From Lingula anatina (taxonomy: Eukaryota > Animalia > Brachiopoda): a stretch of DNA of 64,000 nt. The position numbers were made by a program, and so were the translations under genes. The stretch spans positions 58,258,788 to 58,322,787 of the forward strand of contig CM120640.1 of the NCBI GenBank assembly GCA_051362555.1, written 5' to 3'. Numbering within the stretch: position 1 is the first letter of the stretch; each line of letters begins with the position of its first letter. Below are positions 50,101 to 64,000 of this stretch, in pieces. The notes below the pieces were generated by a model, which was not told the origin of the DNA, searched no databases, and saw only the letters and a list, made by a program, of their open reading frames with translations.

Positions 50101-53100
50101 TAATCTACTCATCTGGAATGACTAATGTGTCATTAAGGGCAATTCATATCTGTGAGAATTACCACTTAATTTTGATGTGGACAGCCAGAATCAGAGGGGC
50201 ATTTTCTACTGATTGGGTTGATTTTTTTAGTTACTATAATGCCTGGAAAACTTTTAAATAGTAAAATTGAAAAAGTAATGTCAACCCATGGTCACGCAGA
50301 TAGTATTTTGCAGCAATACTGTTGTAGAATATTTATTGCTTGATATCCTGTGTAATGATACGTTTTTTCTTTCAGATGTTTGTTATCACATAATTTTGTG
50401 CGCCTAGGGAAGTGGTTTGTTTTGCCACTTGAGTATGGATCAAACAGCAGTGATAAAAGGTAGGATGGCATTTTTTTCCCACAAATTTTACCTAAAAAAT
50501 AAATGTCTTAAGTTGAAGTGGCACTTATTTGCATACTTGAATATTGACAGATTCTGACTGGAGTTCATTTAAAATGTCAAGGCTCCCTGTTGATTTTAGT
50601 TTTTTAAATGAAATTTTAGGTGATTTTACCACCCAAGTGTTGGAAGAAGGTTTTGAATTGTGACAATATTATATCAGATAAAAAAAAATTATTCAATCAC
50701 AACAAATGATGATATTTTTGTATACTTTTGAATTTTGGCATAATCCTCAGATGATAGTATGGCGTTGAAATTTACTTTTACTTTTGAGAGGGTCAAAAAT
50801 ACAATTCACAGTTTTCCTAAGGCCCTGAACAATTTTAAGTCATTATCCACAATCATTTTATCAAGTTCAGATTCAGAAATATCTCATAAATGTGCATTTA
50901 TAAGGGAATATTGTGATTTGAATAATAATTAAAAATGCAATAGGTAGATAACCCATGTAGGTTATCTAAAAGAAAACCAGATCAAACACTTGGAAAATCT
51001 TTAGTACTATCTCCTTAATCAATATTTCAATTTGATATGATTTTGTATTTCTTTATTCCATAATAAGTTATACACATGATATGCTTAGATAGCAAAGCAA
51101 GATCCTGTCTAGAAAAAGGGTCATGCTTGAAGACCGTCACAAAAAAGATTATTTAACAGATACTGATTTAAACAGCATCTGATCCCCAGACTGGCGCTAC
51201 AGTGCCTTGCCAAAGAAAACATTTAATTCCTAACTGTACAAGACTGTTTACATCTTGACTAGAATATTTGACTTGTATCTGGCAATAGGTATGTAACAAA
51301 ACTATCATTTATCAGCTGTTCCATATGGCAATTTGAAGCCAAGTGGTTAACTAGGTCACTCCAGGGGCTTTATGTTGTTGTTGGTCTGTGTTCTGGGTGC
51401 ATTCACATTAGACCTGTTAAAGTTGTCAGTTTCTAAAGATCAGTGATTGAACCGACCAAGATTATTATATTATAGGTAGCTTGGCAGGGTTAGTTGCAAT
51501 TAATACCACCATGTGAAGTGCCCCATAAGACTGACACTTCAGGTGAATAGTTAATTGCCTGAACAGTAAGCTATGTACTTGCCAGATTAATTACAATCAA
51601 CACTACTGAACTGCAGTGTACAAAATTAAGAGATCTTAAAGCCATATCTTCATCCTTCTAATGTGAATGTGCCTTATATGTTGATGTCTACATCTTAGAT
51701 TATACAGATTTTGGACATGTTTATTTCATTAAGTCCTGGGAATAAGATAATTACATCAGTTTAAAAAGTAGCAATTTCCTCCTTCTGAGAAGCTTGCATT
51801 TTAGTCTTCAGGGAAAATCAAGGTTATTAGTGATATAAATGTGTTGCCATACCTTTCAATTAGAAAAAATTCTTCAATAAGACATTTATTTATTGCTTTA
51901 ATGAGAAATGAAAAAATAAATTTGGTATCTTAAAATTGTTATGTTTTAGCTGTGTTATCCTTCCCATAGAAATATTTATTCAATAATTATATAGGTTTAC
52001 ATTATTTTACTCTATTTCAGTGACCACCTTTCCTTTTCTTTCTCATTCTTTCTGCATGGTGAGAGCACAGTGTGTGCCAGTGTGGATGTCCGTCAGCAGC
52101 CAGCCGTTTGGAGACCTACTCTACAACACCTTACCTTAGCTCAGAATGCACAGAATGGGATGCCAGGTAAGGCCCAACTTGTTTATCAACCTGTTCATTG
52201 AGACGAAAAAATTTGTTTCACAGTCCAAGCAAAGTGTTCTAGTTTGGGGGTAAATGTTTATCACTTTCTTTTATGTTAAATAGCACTATCTTTAACTGAT
52301 AGTCATACTGTTATTATGAGCTATTTTCAAAGAGACACTTCATGCACCATCAACTGTTATAAATTGCTGAATGTATTTTTCCACCTGAGTATAAAAACAG
52401 ATTTACTTTAATTGGTCCACCTTTGGGACTACAAAATATTAACAAAGATACAGAATTAAATCAAATCTGATTAGGTTCACTGGTCTAACTATAGACATAA
52501 ACCCCTGAAATGGAATGAGAATTGTTTTTGCTTGGCTGCCTTGGGTCAGTTCATTGGCCTAGTTATGTGTAGAACAGACGGAAAGTTATTGATTTCATTG
52601 ATTCAATGCGTATAATCACAGCAAGTTTAGTTCACCTGGACCCAGGTAGTAAATTATGCAGTCTGAAGAGCCTGTTGACTTTGACAAGATTGCTGCTCAA
52701 GATTCTCTCCCAGCACAGTGGTCACTGAACTCAGCATTGTGAGAAAAGATAAAAGACACTGTCAGTGAAGCTCTGTTTTTTTGCAACTCTTCTAATGTAG
52801 CTGACAGTCCTGTGTGTAATATATGCTTCTCCTCTGCTGGCTGTTTACTTAATCTCACTGTACACATGGGGGTTGGTTAATGGTCTCTGTTCCTTCCCAT
52901 GTTTTCCAATAGAAGAGTACAGTCAGTTATTGCATTGTAACCTCTTGATCCCAGAGTGCCTGAGGTGAGCTGTCTGGACAGAATTAAGTGTTATTTTTCT
53001 TTCAGACTTCTAGATGTTGCATATTAACTGAGCAGGGAAACTGGCTTCAGTTACCACAGAGGCAAGTTTTGTCAAGGCAGACTATATCAGTCAGAACTGC

Positions 53101-56100
53101 ATGGGGGTCTGCTTTTAAACACTTTGTTACTTTGTCGCTCCTGAGTGATGGAGGAAATTGATATCTGCTGCCTTGACATGATTACACGCCTCACTTCAGT
53201 TGGCCAGTGACATACAATTGTTGAGTGCCTTTGCAATTCATTGTTATTTTAATGAAGTTGAAAAAGTTTCAATAACGAAGAATTTGTGTTCTGTCTACCT
53301 GAGGAGTATGGTATTTGCCCTTTCAGGCTTTGGCAAATAATAAGTTAATATATTAGACTGTGGATGTTAATTTTTAAGGTTTCCTTTGCTGTCATTTCCT
53401 TGGTAAACTTAACCTGGGCAAAATTTAAGGAATGTCTATAAATCAGCTTGGGCTAATATAACGATATACATGAAATATTTATGTTCTTATTGGTGTAAAT
53501 GAGCAGCATGGTACACAGCTGCTTGTAGAATGAGTATCAACAAAAATGACCAAAATGAGGGGAATAAGCAAAGTGATAATTCTAAACAGCATTGTTAAAA
53601 AAACATGTTGATATTATTATGTGGAATTGAATATGGCATGCATGCCTGTGTGGTTGTTTTTCCTGTTAGGTCGTTGTTAATGCGCTCTTGCCTTGGCACT
53701 CGACCATAAAACATAAAGCATATAAATCAGCAGTGTTCTAGTGTATCTGAGATGACAGAGCCTCGGAAGCATTCTCTACAACCTCAGGGGATGTTGTGGA
53801 CTGTGATTTGGACCCATAGGCAAACTTGATTAACCTTTCTCACCTGGCATTGTTAAATATAGGATTAAATGTACAGCAGTGTTGTAGTTTCATCATTGAT
53901 TAGATGTTAGCACTCAAGACTAAAATGTAAGGTTGATTGGGAATTCATAAACAAGGTGGAATGTGGAGTACATAAACAGGCCAAGTAGCTAGAATCTTAT
54001 CAGTTTACATGGAATTTATTTCAGTGGTTGGCTATTTTGTTTTCTTCTCCAATGACCCATATTATAGATATTTGAGGGATAACAAAGTGGAGATATGATA
54101 CAACAAAGTTTGCCATTCATTCCCATGTGAATGACAATTTAAGTAAGTATCTGATAAAGTAATTAATGATTACTGAGTTCTGACTTTAATAGCCAGTATT
54201 TTATGGCAAAAACCTATTAATCTTCAGCATAGAAATAATTTATTGTTTGCATTGTTCCCAGTACTTCTGGCCCCATATGGTCTGGCAGGAACACTTACTG
54301 GACATAGCTATAAAGACGCAGATCAGGACACAAGGAAACTTGTGGAGGAATGGCAGCAGTTCTACCCCCTGTGTTCAGACAGCAAGGAAGGAGCAGGCAG
54401 TTATCAGAGCAAGCAAATGCCACAGGTGGTGGAGGTTGTGGTTGGTGAGTAAACCATGGACAAATTAAGCTGACATTAGGATAATGAAATTGAAATTGAA
54501 ATGAAATTGACAGATACAAAACACGTGCAAAGGTTGGTTTGGTCACTCATAGGGAGTCAAAGTTAATTCAGTAGGAAGAGGTAAACTGGATAAATATTGA
54601 AAACATGGGGGGTCAGATTATGAAAAAAAATGTTCAAAGAAATACACAAATTACTGGTGAGACCATAATTTACAAAAAATTCCTAAAGCCCTTTTTGTTT
54701 CAAAAAATTAACTGAAAATGATAACTGAGAACCATCAGATTCAAATCAAATAAATTCTATGAATGGTAGTGAAGTTAAAGCCTCTTACTTACAGGTGGGG
54801 TGAGGATGCGCTATCCATCTCGATACGTCTTGATGACAGAGTTGGACAACATGCGTTCCAGGACAATCTGTGGCACTGGACAAGGACGCGGAGATGCCAA
54901 CAGGACCAGTGGGTTGCCTCTACATACAGCCTCAGCCCTTCTCTCCCCTCCCACCTCTCCAGCCTCTGGCCAGGTGATAGGAGACACCTGCCTGAAAGGT
55001 TTGCCACTCACCTCCCTAGATGAAGGCAAGAGGCTAGGTTCTCAATTCACAGAAACCCTCAGTGATCTTATTGTGGAGCGGGTGTGGCAGGAGAGTTGCT
55101 TGGCTGTGCCCTCAAGCAAAAGGTGACATTAAGCAATACACCTTTGTTATACTAAACATACTAGTATATTTATCTATCCTAAAACATGTTAGAAAATTTA
55201 CATTTTTTAAAATTTGAAAACAATTTGAATGCTTTCTTATGCCTTCTGATTTCATTCATAATTTTCTGAGATGCAATTTATTGAGTTAGTAGATAGTGAA
55301 AAGATGCTATTTTTCTTCCCAGATAGCAACAAAGACAAAATGGCACCTTTTAATAAAGGAATAAACACAAAAGGATTCTGTGATCTAGTGCTTCTTTAAT
55401 TGTCTCACCAGATACACAATTTCATAATGGCAGTAATCTATAAGCATGCTTTCACTAATCCAAGTAGAGACTGGATTTGATTATGAATTATTGAACAGCA
55501 CCAGATAATTATCCCTGGTCTTATGGTGGAAAACATAAAAACATTTGTGTGTGCTCAGCTAGAGAGACCATGATAATGATATTGATTTCTCAAAGTGCCT
55601 TGTATCAGTGTGTAAAATTTCATTGTCTGATGCAGTGCTGATTGATCTTATGATAGCATGTAAGCTTATGGCTTGGAAGGCAGGCTGCATCTGTCATGAG
55701 GGCAGATTTGAATTGAATGACTTAGAGTGTGAACTCAGTTTAAATCAGGTTTTTGCTGGTGTTTTACTGCTTATCCTAACCAATGATTAAGATTGGGAAG
55801 ATTTGGTGTTGATCTATTAACTGTAAGTCTCGGGCACTGCAATAACTGGCTTAAAGTGGCAATGGAAGTAATGATTTGTCAAGTATTAAAATGGCAAATT
55901 TTTCTCCCAATCCCATTAATGCATGTATTGTGCATGTTATGACTTATTATGTATTAAGGCTGCCTTTTTATGGTCATGTTTTACATGTCCTTTTAAGGTC
56001 TGTGGGAAACGAAAATGGTATTGAAGAAAATACAGTTGGAAACTGGGATTTTGTTGATCCAGTGCAAAAGGCTCATTGTTCTTGTACCAAGTTAGTATGA

Positions 56101-59100
56101 TCGTATTTTGCAAAATTTTAAGAAAAAATTTATCATAAAAAGAAGTTATAAATATATAAATTTGATTGTTTACATTTAAATATCTTGTAGAATCTTTGTA
56201 AAAATAGTTTAATAAATAATAAGGAATAAAAATACATTAAAATGTTTTTCATTTAGATTTATTGATTTTTACCAATACTATATTTCACGTTTCAGATTGA
56301 AGGGTAACAAACAGAGGCTGGGATTTGGACAGAACAAATCTGGCCTTCCTGGGGGTAAAGAGAAAAGGGGAGATAAACTGGAGAAAACTGAAAAGGAGAA
56401 ATCCAGACTTTCAAGAGGAATGACACCATTTCACAGACGGTCTCCTTTGAGTGATGATTTGCTTACACAAGACTTAGACATAATGATTCAGAGAGGAAGT
56501 GGAGGTCTTCAAGGAACAGGGAACGGGGCAGATTATCCCTTCAGTGGGTATAAGAGTCAGCCTGGATCTAACCTACCTCAGTTCAGAACTCCAAATTTTG
56601 AGCAGGGGGGAATGGGTATCCCTCGCTCTGATGCTCCCTCTCCCTTAGTGGCTACTCACAGCCAGCCGTGTGAAGGTGGGCAGTCCTCCGATCCTACCAT
56701 GCCCACCCTCAGTCCACACCCACCCCCTAAAATACAAGACAAGGACCATGTTAGTAGTGCTAACACTGTCCCACAGGAATCTCGCAATTTACCATCTCAA
56801 GAGACAACAGCCACAGCAAATTGCAACGACGGATTCACTGCGGGTAAAATGAATGGATTACCTCCAAAAGGAAATAATTTCATGCCACCTTATCACCGTC
56901 ATATGCCAGAGCCAAAGGTTGAATATCCACACAGTAAGAGTTGGCTTGATGCTCAACGCCATAAGCTGGAGGGTCAGGGAGTGAAAAGACCCATGTTACC
57001 TTGTAAATTCTATGATAGAGAGGAGATGCAAGAGTCTGGGGAATTGCTGTATGATTTTGGTTTACTCAATGCATGGTAAGTTTCTATAAAAGAAAAACTT
57101 TAAAAGTATCAATTAAGTGTACTAGCATCTTTTAGTCAGTTTGATGAATACATAAGACAAATCATAATGTTGCACCAAGTCCAGAGTAAATTTATGATTG
57201 GTATTTTACTTTTAATTATCTTTCACTAAGTCCAGCTTCAAACATTTCATATTTGCAAGAAATTCTCAAGAAAATTTTCATCTCGCATATCACATATAAC
57301 TGAATGTTAGATATTGCAACACCTGCCATCGACCTTAAACACAGTAAATAATGTCGAAAATTTAGATGATTGATTATTGCATAATGTTTTTTCTTCATGC
57401 AAGGCCCACCTATGTGACTCATAAGTTTCTTCTCAAGTGTCATTTATGATGATATGAAATGAATTAGTACTTAATTAATTATATCATTCTTTTTTTTTTT
57501 TTACTTCAAGGTTATCTCATCCTGTGAAGAAGTTCAGAGGAGATGGTGACCCAGACTCCCCACCAATGGTGAAACCTGAGCCCAGGCACCCCCATGGCTA
57601 TGGCCATCCTCAGGTCTCTCCTAAGCAGCACTCTCAGACCTCTTCTGGTCCACCTGTGGACCCCTACGAGTTCTCAGATGAGTCATCGTCAAATGCTGGT
57701 AGTTTTAGACCCAGAAGTCTGAGAAATAGTAGGGATGAATTTTCAAGGCCATCGCCATTTTCACGCCAAGTGAGTAGAATATTTAACACATTGATAATTT
57801 TTATCTTATTTTAATTCACTGATTCACATAAGTATACTTTTATGTCAAATATCTTATAAAACAAATCTTGCTTTTAAAACCATTGCTGCTTGTATGATGG
57901 GAAAGTGTACTTATGTTAATAAAATTAAATGACAACACAAAACGGAAGTCTGGTTTAGAACAGAACATTATTGAAAAATAAATCAAGTGGAATAAGAAAA
58001 ATTAATCTTTTTGGTCATTGACTTGACCTCCATTTTTGTCTCTTTAATGTATTTGTGAGAAAGTTACTTTTTGTTGCTTAACTATAAATAGGTTCAGTTG
58101 TAAATTCTCTCTTCTTATTTACTTGAAAATGCTCAGTAGGTCTTTTAGTACTTATTGTACCACCAGCGTTAGTGCTGGCGGTACACATGGTTTTAGTCCC
58201 GACCGGATCTTTCCGCCGGCTTCGCCTACAAGTTACCGTTACCGCTTCTCCTCCTAGACGGTAAGGGCCCCCGTACCCATCTCTTGGATTTAGGTCACCT
58301 ATAATCTCAACTTGTTCCACGTAAAATTTGGGCTTTGTCGGTATTGGGGTCTGGGTGTGGCACTCATTGCAATGCACCCTTTTCCAAAAATGACAAAATT
58401 AAATGCTAATTATCTACCCTGCGGAAGGGGTTATGGGAAAAATTTCTACAGACGGCTTTCCAAAAGTCATATGTGTAGATTTCAAATATGCCCTTGGATT
58501 TGACCTTTGACCTTTACTTCAAGGTCAAACGGGCCAAAATTTTCAAAAAAATAAATTTTTTTACGAAAAAAAATTTTTTTTGCCCTGTTATTCAGACACC
58601 ACACAGACTTAACCAATAATATTATTGGAAAGTGTTACCCTTCAGGTCATCTTTCATCTCTGTGAATTTGGGGTCAATCGGTGCATTTTCATGGGAGTAG
58701 CGGCCATAAGATGCCGAAACTGAAAACTGTCTCTAATTCGGGAACCGTTAATGCTAGAGACCCATTCTTTTTTGCATTTTGTAGAGCATGTTAAGCCCAA
58801 CACTGAAGGTGGTCTCCGTTTTTTTGTATACCAAACAGTTTTCGAGTTACGCTATCGTAAAGTACATATTGGTGGTGAAAGCAAAATGTGCAGTACGGTA
58901 TAGTGAGGTGGCTAAGCCAAAAAATTGTGCAATAGATGATAAAAGCATGAAACTTTCCACGATGAATGACCATTGGGTGTTTGTCTTTTTTGGATCGGGG
59001 GGTTGACAAACACCCAATGGTCATTCATCGTAGAAAGTTTCATGCTTTTATCATCTTTTGCACAATTCTGGATATAATTTGGACTTAGCCGCCTGACTAG

Positions 59101-62100
59101 TAATGGATAATAAACTGAACTTTGCAAATTTTGCTTCCCTTTTATCTCCAAAACTGGCAGAGATAGGTCCATAGTTACTATTGAACTTGAATAGGAGGTC
59201 ATATACTGGCAATCTAAATGTGACCTTGAAATTGACCTTTGACCTACTTTTCACCATGAACTGAACTTTACAAATTTTGCTTCCCTTTTATCTCCAAAAC
59301 TGGCAGAGATAGGTCCATAGTTAGTATTGAAGTTGAATAGGAAGTCATATACTGGCAATCTTACTGTGAAATTGACCTTTGACCTACCTTTTGATGAACT
59401 TAACTTTGATTGTACCATTTTAAGTTATATATATTTTTTGCATATTTTGAAAATTCTTGTTGATTGCATTTTTACAGCTTGTCAAGCAAAAGACTGTTGG
59501 CTGTATCCCTTATTTTGTGTATGTGGGGGTCTATTCGAATGCGCTTGCTCCAGCTGGTGGTACAATATTCGGAGGCGGTATCGCCTCTCTGATCCTCTAG
59601 TTATTCTTGGTGCATGACTGTATACATAACCTTGAATGTGTGGGTAAACCGCCAGAAACAGTAAACTAAGATTTAAAGATGGGATCACTTGTCAGTTTTG
59701 TAAACTCGTCATTTATAATATATGTGTGCATGCGTGTGTGTGTGTGTGTGTTTGGAGTTATATATTATTTTAAGGCATAAGCTACAGTCATCTTTATCTT
59801 TCACACTTGGCAAAAAGTTCATATAAAAGCCTGAGTCTAGGATTAAACATTAAAAAGATTTGAAGATGGTAAGAGACACCATTCATATAATGAGCAGGCA
59901 TGAAGCATGTGTTAGGAGTACTGTGAAGAGATGAGAAGATGCTATTCAGTGGCAGGTTGATAATAAAGTGCTTTTCCGCTACAGCTATTGCCTGGATCAA
60001 TAAAGACAGTTAAGATGGAAATACGTTTTAAGGCAAGCTAGTTCTGATCTCATATTATGTTTAGATGAAAAGCAGCCAGACTATGTGCCTTGATCATTAT
60101 CAAGTGAATTGGTCCCAGATTGATACTTGTTTGTTAAAGCACACATTGACTTTGGCATTGAATGTTAGTGAGACTAAACCATATTTTTCTCTTGAAAACC
60201 TAGAAATATGGAAATTTAATATTCTTAAGGTAAATGAGTTAAGTGAACCAGTAATAGGGTCAGAACCATTTTCTCTTCTGAATTATTGGCAGAGATTAAG
60301 AAGCCCTCTCTTGGTGTAATTAGAAAGCCCTCCTTTAGTGTTATTAGGAAATACTTGTGTTTTATAAGCCTACCGTGGCTGCAGAATAATGTTTTCTGGA
60401 AGGTGATAATTGTTTTTGAACTTAGAAATGGCTTCTTGAACTTTAGTGAATGCTACTAGGAATGTCTAAGCAATACTTTGCACTCAAGCCTCAAGAATGT
60501 TACGCAAACTGTTATTGAAAGCAGCAACACAGAATCCTTAAACATTTTGCATTACTTGAGAAAGTACCTGAGTAATTGTCTGGCTTTAGTGATTTTGACC
60601 TCAGCAACGGAATAACTATGATCTGTTTTGATGTTTTCAGAAAAAAGTATAAAAAATAATCATAGTTACTTTTTCATGATAAAAAATGCAAGCCGCAAAG
60701 AATTTTTACTAAGGTATAATTCACATTGTGATCCTTCTGTCAACCTAATATCCTGATTTAGTGTGTTCAAGCGTGATGGAAGTTGTATATCACTGACAGC
60801 CATCTAGCCAATGGCTCATTCATCTGAACCAGGAAAAGATCAAAGATATAACCTGACTCAGTGCCTTTTAATGTATAGTGTTAAAGGAAAGGTGAAAGTT
60901 AAAATAGTGTTATGTATTCTGTAGGTGAACTTGATGTTACACTACATAATACCTCCAGGAAAAAAATGAACTCTGGAGTTTAGAGAGAATAAAGGTGGGA
61001 TTAGTTTCATATATTTTGCAGATGATTAGAAGATTTCTTGCCTCAGTAGCTTTAGGTACTGCAATATGAAATTCATTCATCTATTTAGTGAGTGTAACTT
61101 TTGGTTGCACTAATAATTTTTAGATTTAAGTCAATGTTTTTAGAGCAGAGAGGGAAAAATAAGAGAATGGTGAAACCTTTGAAGTTTGTTAACAGAAGAG
61201 TTAATTGAATTTTTTCAAATACTTGGAGTTGTTCTTTCATGTGAAACAGTTTTTACTCTTTATATAAACAAAAAATTGCCTAGTCTAAGCATGCAACACT
61301 TGTGCAGACCCATACATCTTCAAGAATTTTAGGGGATTCCAATATGCATCACAGTATGTCATTTGTTAGTCAAGTAAAAGTGATGGTGATTTACGACTCT
61401 GGAGGTTGTGAGCTGACAGCCAACTGACTGTTCATGTCCTGATTTGCCCTTTGCATCACTCATGGCTGAATTTCTCTGAACTCTTGCATCCAATTTCTGT
61501 GCCAGAGCTCTCAAGGGAGGTGCTGGTGAACCTTCTAGACTCAACATGTGTCTAGACTCACACAAAGTATTTGGATTCCACCAAATTTGAAACTCATGGG
61601 TTATTTTGTTACTATTATAATTTTGTTTGATATTATTTAATATTCTATAGTGAGGTCACTGCCTCACCTCAGAATTGTCTGTGACCCCAATAAACAGAAC
61701 ATAGTATTATTGAATTTCTTGCACAGAACTAGCAGCATAAAAACCAATCATGTTTTCACCCACTGAAATTATATAGGGGAAAAACATGCTAGGCAGAGAT
61801 TAGTGCTCTTCAGCCTGGCTAGTAGGTTTTACATAATGGCTGCTTCTTGAAGATATTAGCAGTGGCATGTTTACGTAATTGGTTTAATTAGACTCTAGAC
61901 ACACCAGAATTTATACATAAATTCAGATTGATGTAAAGGTATAAAAAATGTTCATAGTTGCTTAGACATCAAATAAAGGTTGTTGTCACATGTGCTGAGA
62001 TATATTCATAAATAGAGTTCCCAGTTCTACGAAACCTGCTGGGGTTGTGGATGTATCTGTGCTATTGACATGTCATATTATTAATTTCAAGATGGAAGAG

Positions 62101-62194
62101 GAATCCAGGGAGTCTGCTGCAGGCAGAGGGTCAGACAGTAAAGAGGACAGACATGGACATGGAGGTTATTGCTTTTTTATTGCTTTCTTTCTTC

Positions 62195-62241
<47 letters not shown>

Positions 62242-63140
62242 TTTTCATATCATTTATTTTAACAGTTTAGATCTGTTTCTTTGGAATAAAATGCCTTTAC
62301 TTGTGAAGAAAGTCATTTTAAATTAAATCATTTGTTTAATTTGATTCACTGCAGTATATTGTAAGTGGGATATTCTTTATTTATAAATTGTTTGTGAAGA
62401 CAAACTTGTAACATATGCAGTTCTCTGTAAGTTGTCTCTCATGTAGTACTGATATTACTTATAACAGAGGCATGGTGCTTAATAATGACATTTAAAAAAC
62501 CCAATAAAGCAGAGAAATGATCAATAAAAGTACATTAAATTGACAAATAATGTATTCTTCTTCAGACATGGGTCCCATAGGTTCTCCTCTAACTCCTGGA
62601 GGCTCGGGTCCTATGAGTTCAGCCAGTCTCATGAGGGAGAGTGACATTCGCCCAAGCATGAATGACCTGCAGAACATATTTGATACTTCAGATGATGACA
62701 GCAATGATGATGCAGTAAGTTGGTTTAAGTTTTCATTGAATGGTAATGTTTTATGTAATGAGTTTCATTTGCATTACATGTTGAGGTATGACTATTTTAA
62801 GTTCACTTCAGTTATGGTATTATAGTGTTTTACTTTGTTTTCCAACTTTGAAGTCTTCTTAACACGTTTTATAACATTCAAGATGAAATATGTTTCATCT
62901 AAAGGGGACCATTTAAATAATTTTTCCTTTTATCTTAATTAAAAAGGCTTGTGCTACATCTTAATCCGTACATTTCAGTATTTTTTAAATAGTATTATTT
63001 CCAGTTTCAGCCTCCTTCCCCTCCACCCAGCAATAAACCAGAAGAAACCACCATTAAGTCAGCAAAGACAACACTTGTCAATTCAGGAGGTTCTGGTGCC
63101 ATCGGTATGTATTTACAATAAAACTGCAATAATAAAACTG

Positions 63141-63173
<33 letters not shown>

Positions 63174-63580
63174 TCCAGTGCAAACATTTTTTTACTGTAA
63201 AAGCTAAAGGTGAAAAAAATATTGTGTAAAGCCTGCAACAAGGCAATATTTCTGAAATCACTGAATACTTGTAAGTTTAAGCTATTTGCCAAGTTTTGTC
63301 ATGCTCAGTTAATGAACCATACATTTTGTTTATCTATCAGTTTTTAATTATCCTATTAAATGTCAAATTTTAGAGCATCTCCAAATATAGTATGCTGTTT
63401 CATTTTTCTGTTGAACCAGATACTACTCAGTTATCAAGGATGTTCCCCACCCCACCTTCCCAGGAGAACAACATGGCCCACTCCCCTTGTACAGGAACTG
63501 ATGTCCACACTGACCCCTCTTCAGTGCTGGATTCCAGAGTGGACCATTTTGCTCAGATGAGCCCATCACATGAAAACAGG
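47173..63580 (+). CDS. MED13: Mediator complex subunit 13 (MED13/MED13L/skuld), 5' portion; continues beyond the window
   Basis: Exons 47173-47241 [23 protein letters not shown]; 47550-47802 [38 protein letters not shown]; 49595-49682 [20 protein letters not shown]; 50376-50459 [15 protein letters not shown]; 52021-52166 [19 protein letters not shown]; 54262-54444 [22 protein letters not shown]; 54795-55122 [19 protein letters not shown]; 55998-56090; 56296-57075; 57511-57769 (DPYEF); 62092-62164; 62566-62714 (DLQNIFD); 63005-63104; 63420-63580 ([10 protein letters not shown]). All are phase-consistent. Confidence 0.97.
58923..59067. repeat. 63-bp inverted repeat (2 mismatches, 19-nt loop) inside the HINE
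   Basis: 58923-58985 pairs with 59005-59067. Confidence 0.9.
59113..59400 (+). repeat. Two ~146-bp tandem repeat units inside the HINE
   Basis: Units begin aactgaacttt(g/a)caaattttgcttccc at 59113 and 59259 and share tctccaaaactggcagagataggtccatagtta and tgaaattgacctttgacctac. Confidence 0.9.
62196..62243. repeat. (TTTA)n microsatellite in a MED13 intron
   Basis: About 11 tandem units read directly from the sequence. Confidence 0.9.
63143..63167. repeat. (TA)n microsatellite
   Basis: Read directly from the sequence. Confidence 0.85.
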
Positions 63581-64000
63581 GTAAAAATCAGAAACATATT
63601 CACTTATTGTCATTCACCTCTGTCCATCTGAAGTTTCCTTCATCTTATATTGTAGATAAAATAAATGTCATAAGAATTCAAGTAGGTGTGTAATAATCTG
63701 TAAATTGGCAAATTGGATTTAAATTGGAAAAGGGAAAAGGTTGGTAGCTATAAAATCTGTATAGTAACAGCTAAAAATAACTTTGCCCTTAAAATTTAAA
63801 TATTTGATACAGGGGTGTTGCTGGATTCTTCTGTTGATTAACAATGGGATCTAATTATCACTTATTTAAGGATCCAAGTATTCTATTTTTCCCCTTGTAG
63901 GCTGTTGTTATCTAAGTTTGTTGAAATTCTAAGAAATGGGAACAAAATTCATCAATATGAAATCAAAAAGTAATTCAAACAATACTGAATTGGCAATATA

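Larger units (their letters stand above)
58152..59602 (+). mobile_element. ~1.45-kb non-autonomous Helentron-associated element (HINE) in a MED13 intron
   Basis: Perfect 15-bp subTIRs TATTGTACCACCAGC (58153-58167) and GCTGGTGGTACAATA (59553-59567). The 5' subTIR has an adjacent inverted copy (tgctggcggtac). Also a 3' stem-loop gaggcg-gtat-cgcctc (59572-59587), terminal CTAGTT, TGACCTTTGACCT motifs and internal tandem repeats. CpG-rich relative to the host intron. Confidence 0.85.

Noticed and set aside
58078-59688. Cluster of 60-100-aa ORFs on both strands
   Set aside because: By-products of the GC-richer HINE and its inverted repeat; no Rep, helicase or transposase motifs.

Overview
AT-rich, intron-dense animal genomic DNA, probably a lophotrochozoan such as a mollusc (inferred from the repeat types, not proven). 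The short ORFs in the track are mostly exon fragments or noise. Splicing by hand gives four genes: HIRA (- strand, ATG 9170, runs off the left edge); a complete 11-exon secreted matrix metalloproteinase (+, 11582-17744, about 955 aa) with an unusual ~390-aa Thr/Asp/Glu-rich insert between the signal peptide and the propeptide; a complete BLTP2/KIAA0100/hobbit lipid-transfer gene (-, 46906-19018) with two GC-AG introns; and the 5' part of MED13 (+, from 47173), head-to-head with BLTP2 across 266 bp. Introns carry several non-autonomous DNA transposons: a TTAA/Kolobok-type MITE, a MITE with 110-bp TIRs and a 5-bp TSD, a perfect 68-bp-arm palindromic MITE with a 9-bp TSD inserted into another palindrome, and three Helentron/HINE-like elements. 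One BLTP2 intron holds a candidate antisense promoter/first exon next to decayed LINE-like sequence. I found no CRISPR array, rRNA or tRNA, and nothing I can honestly call a new multi-gene system; the MMP architecture is the most novel-looking item. All gene models are manual, without RNA-seq or database searches.
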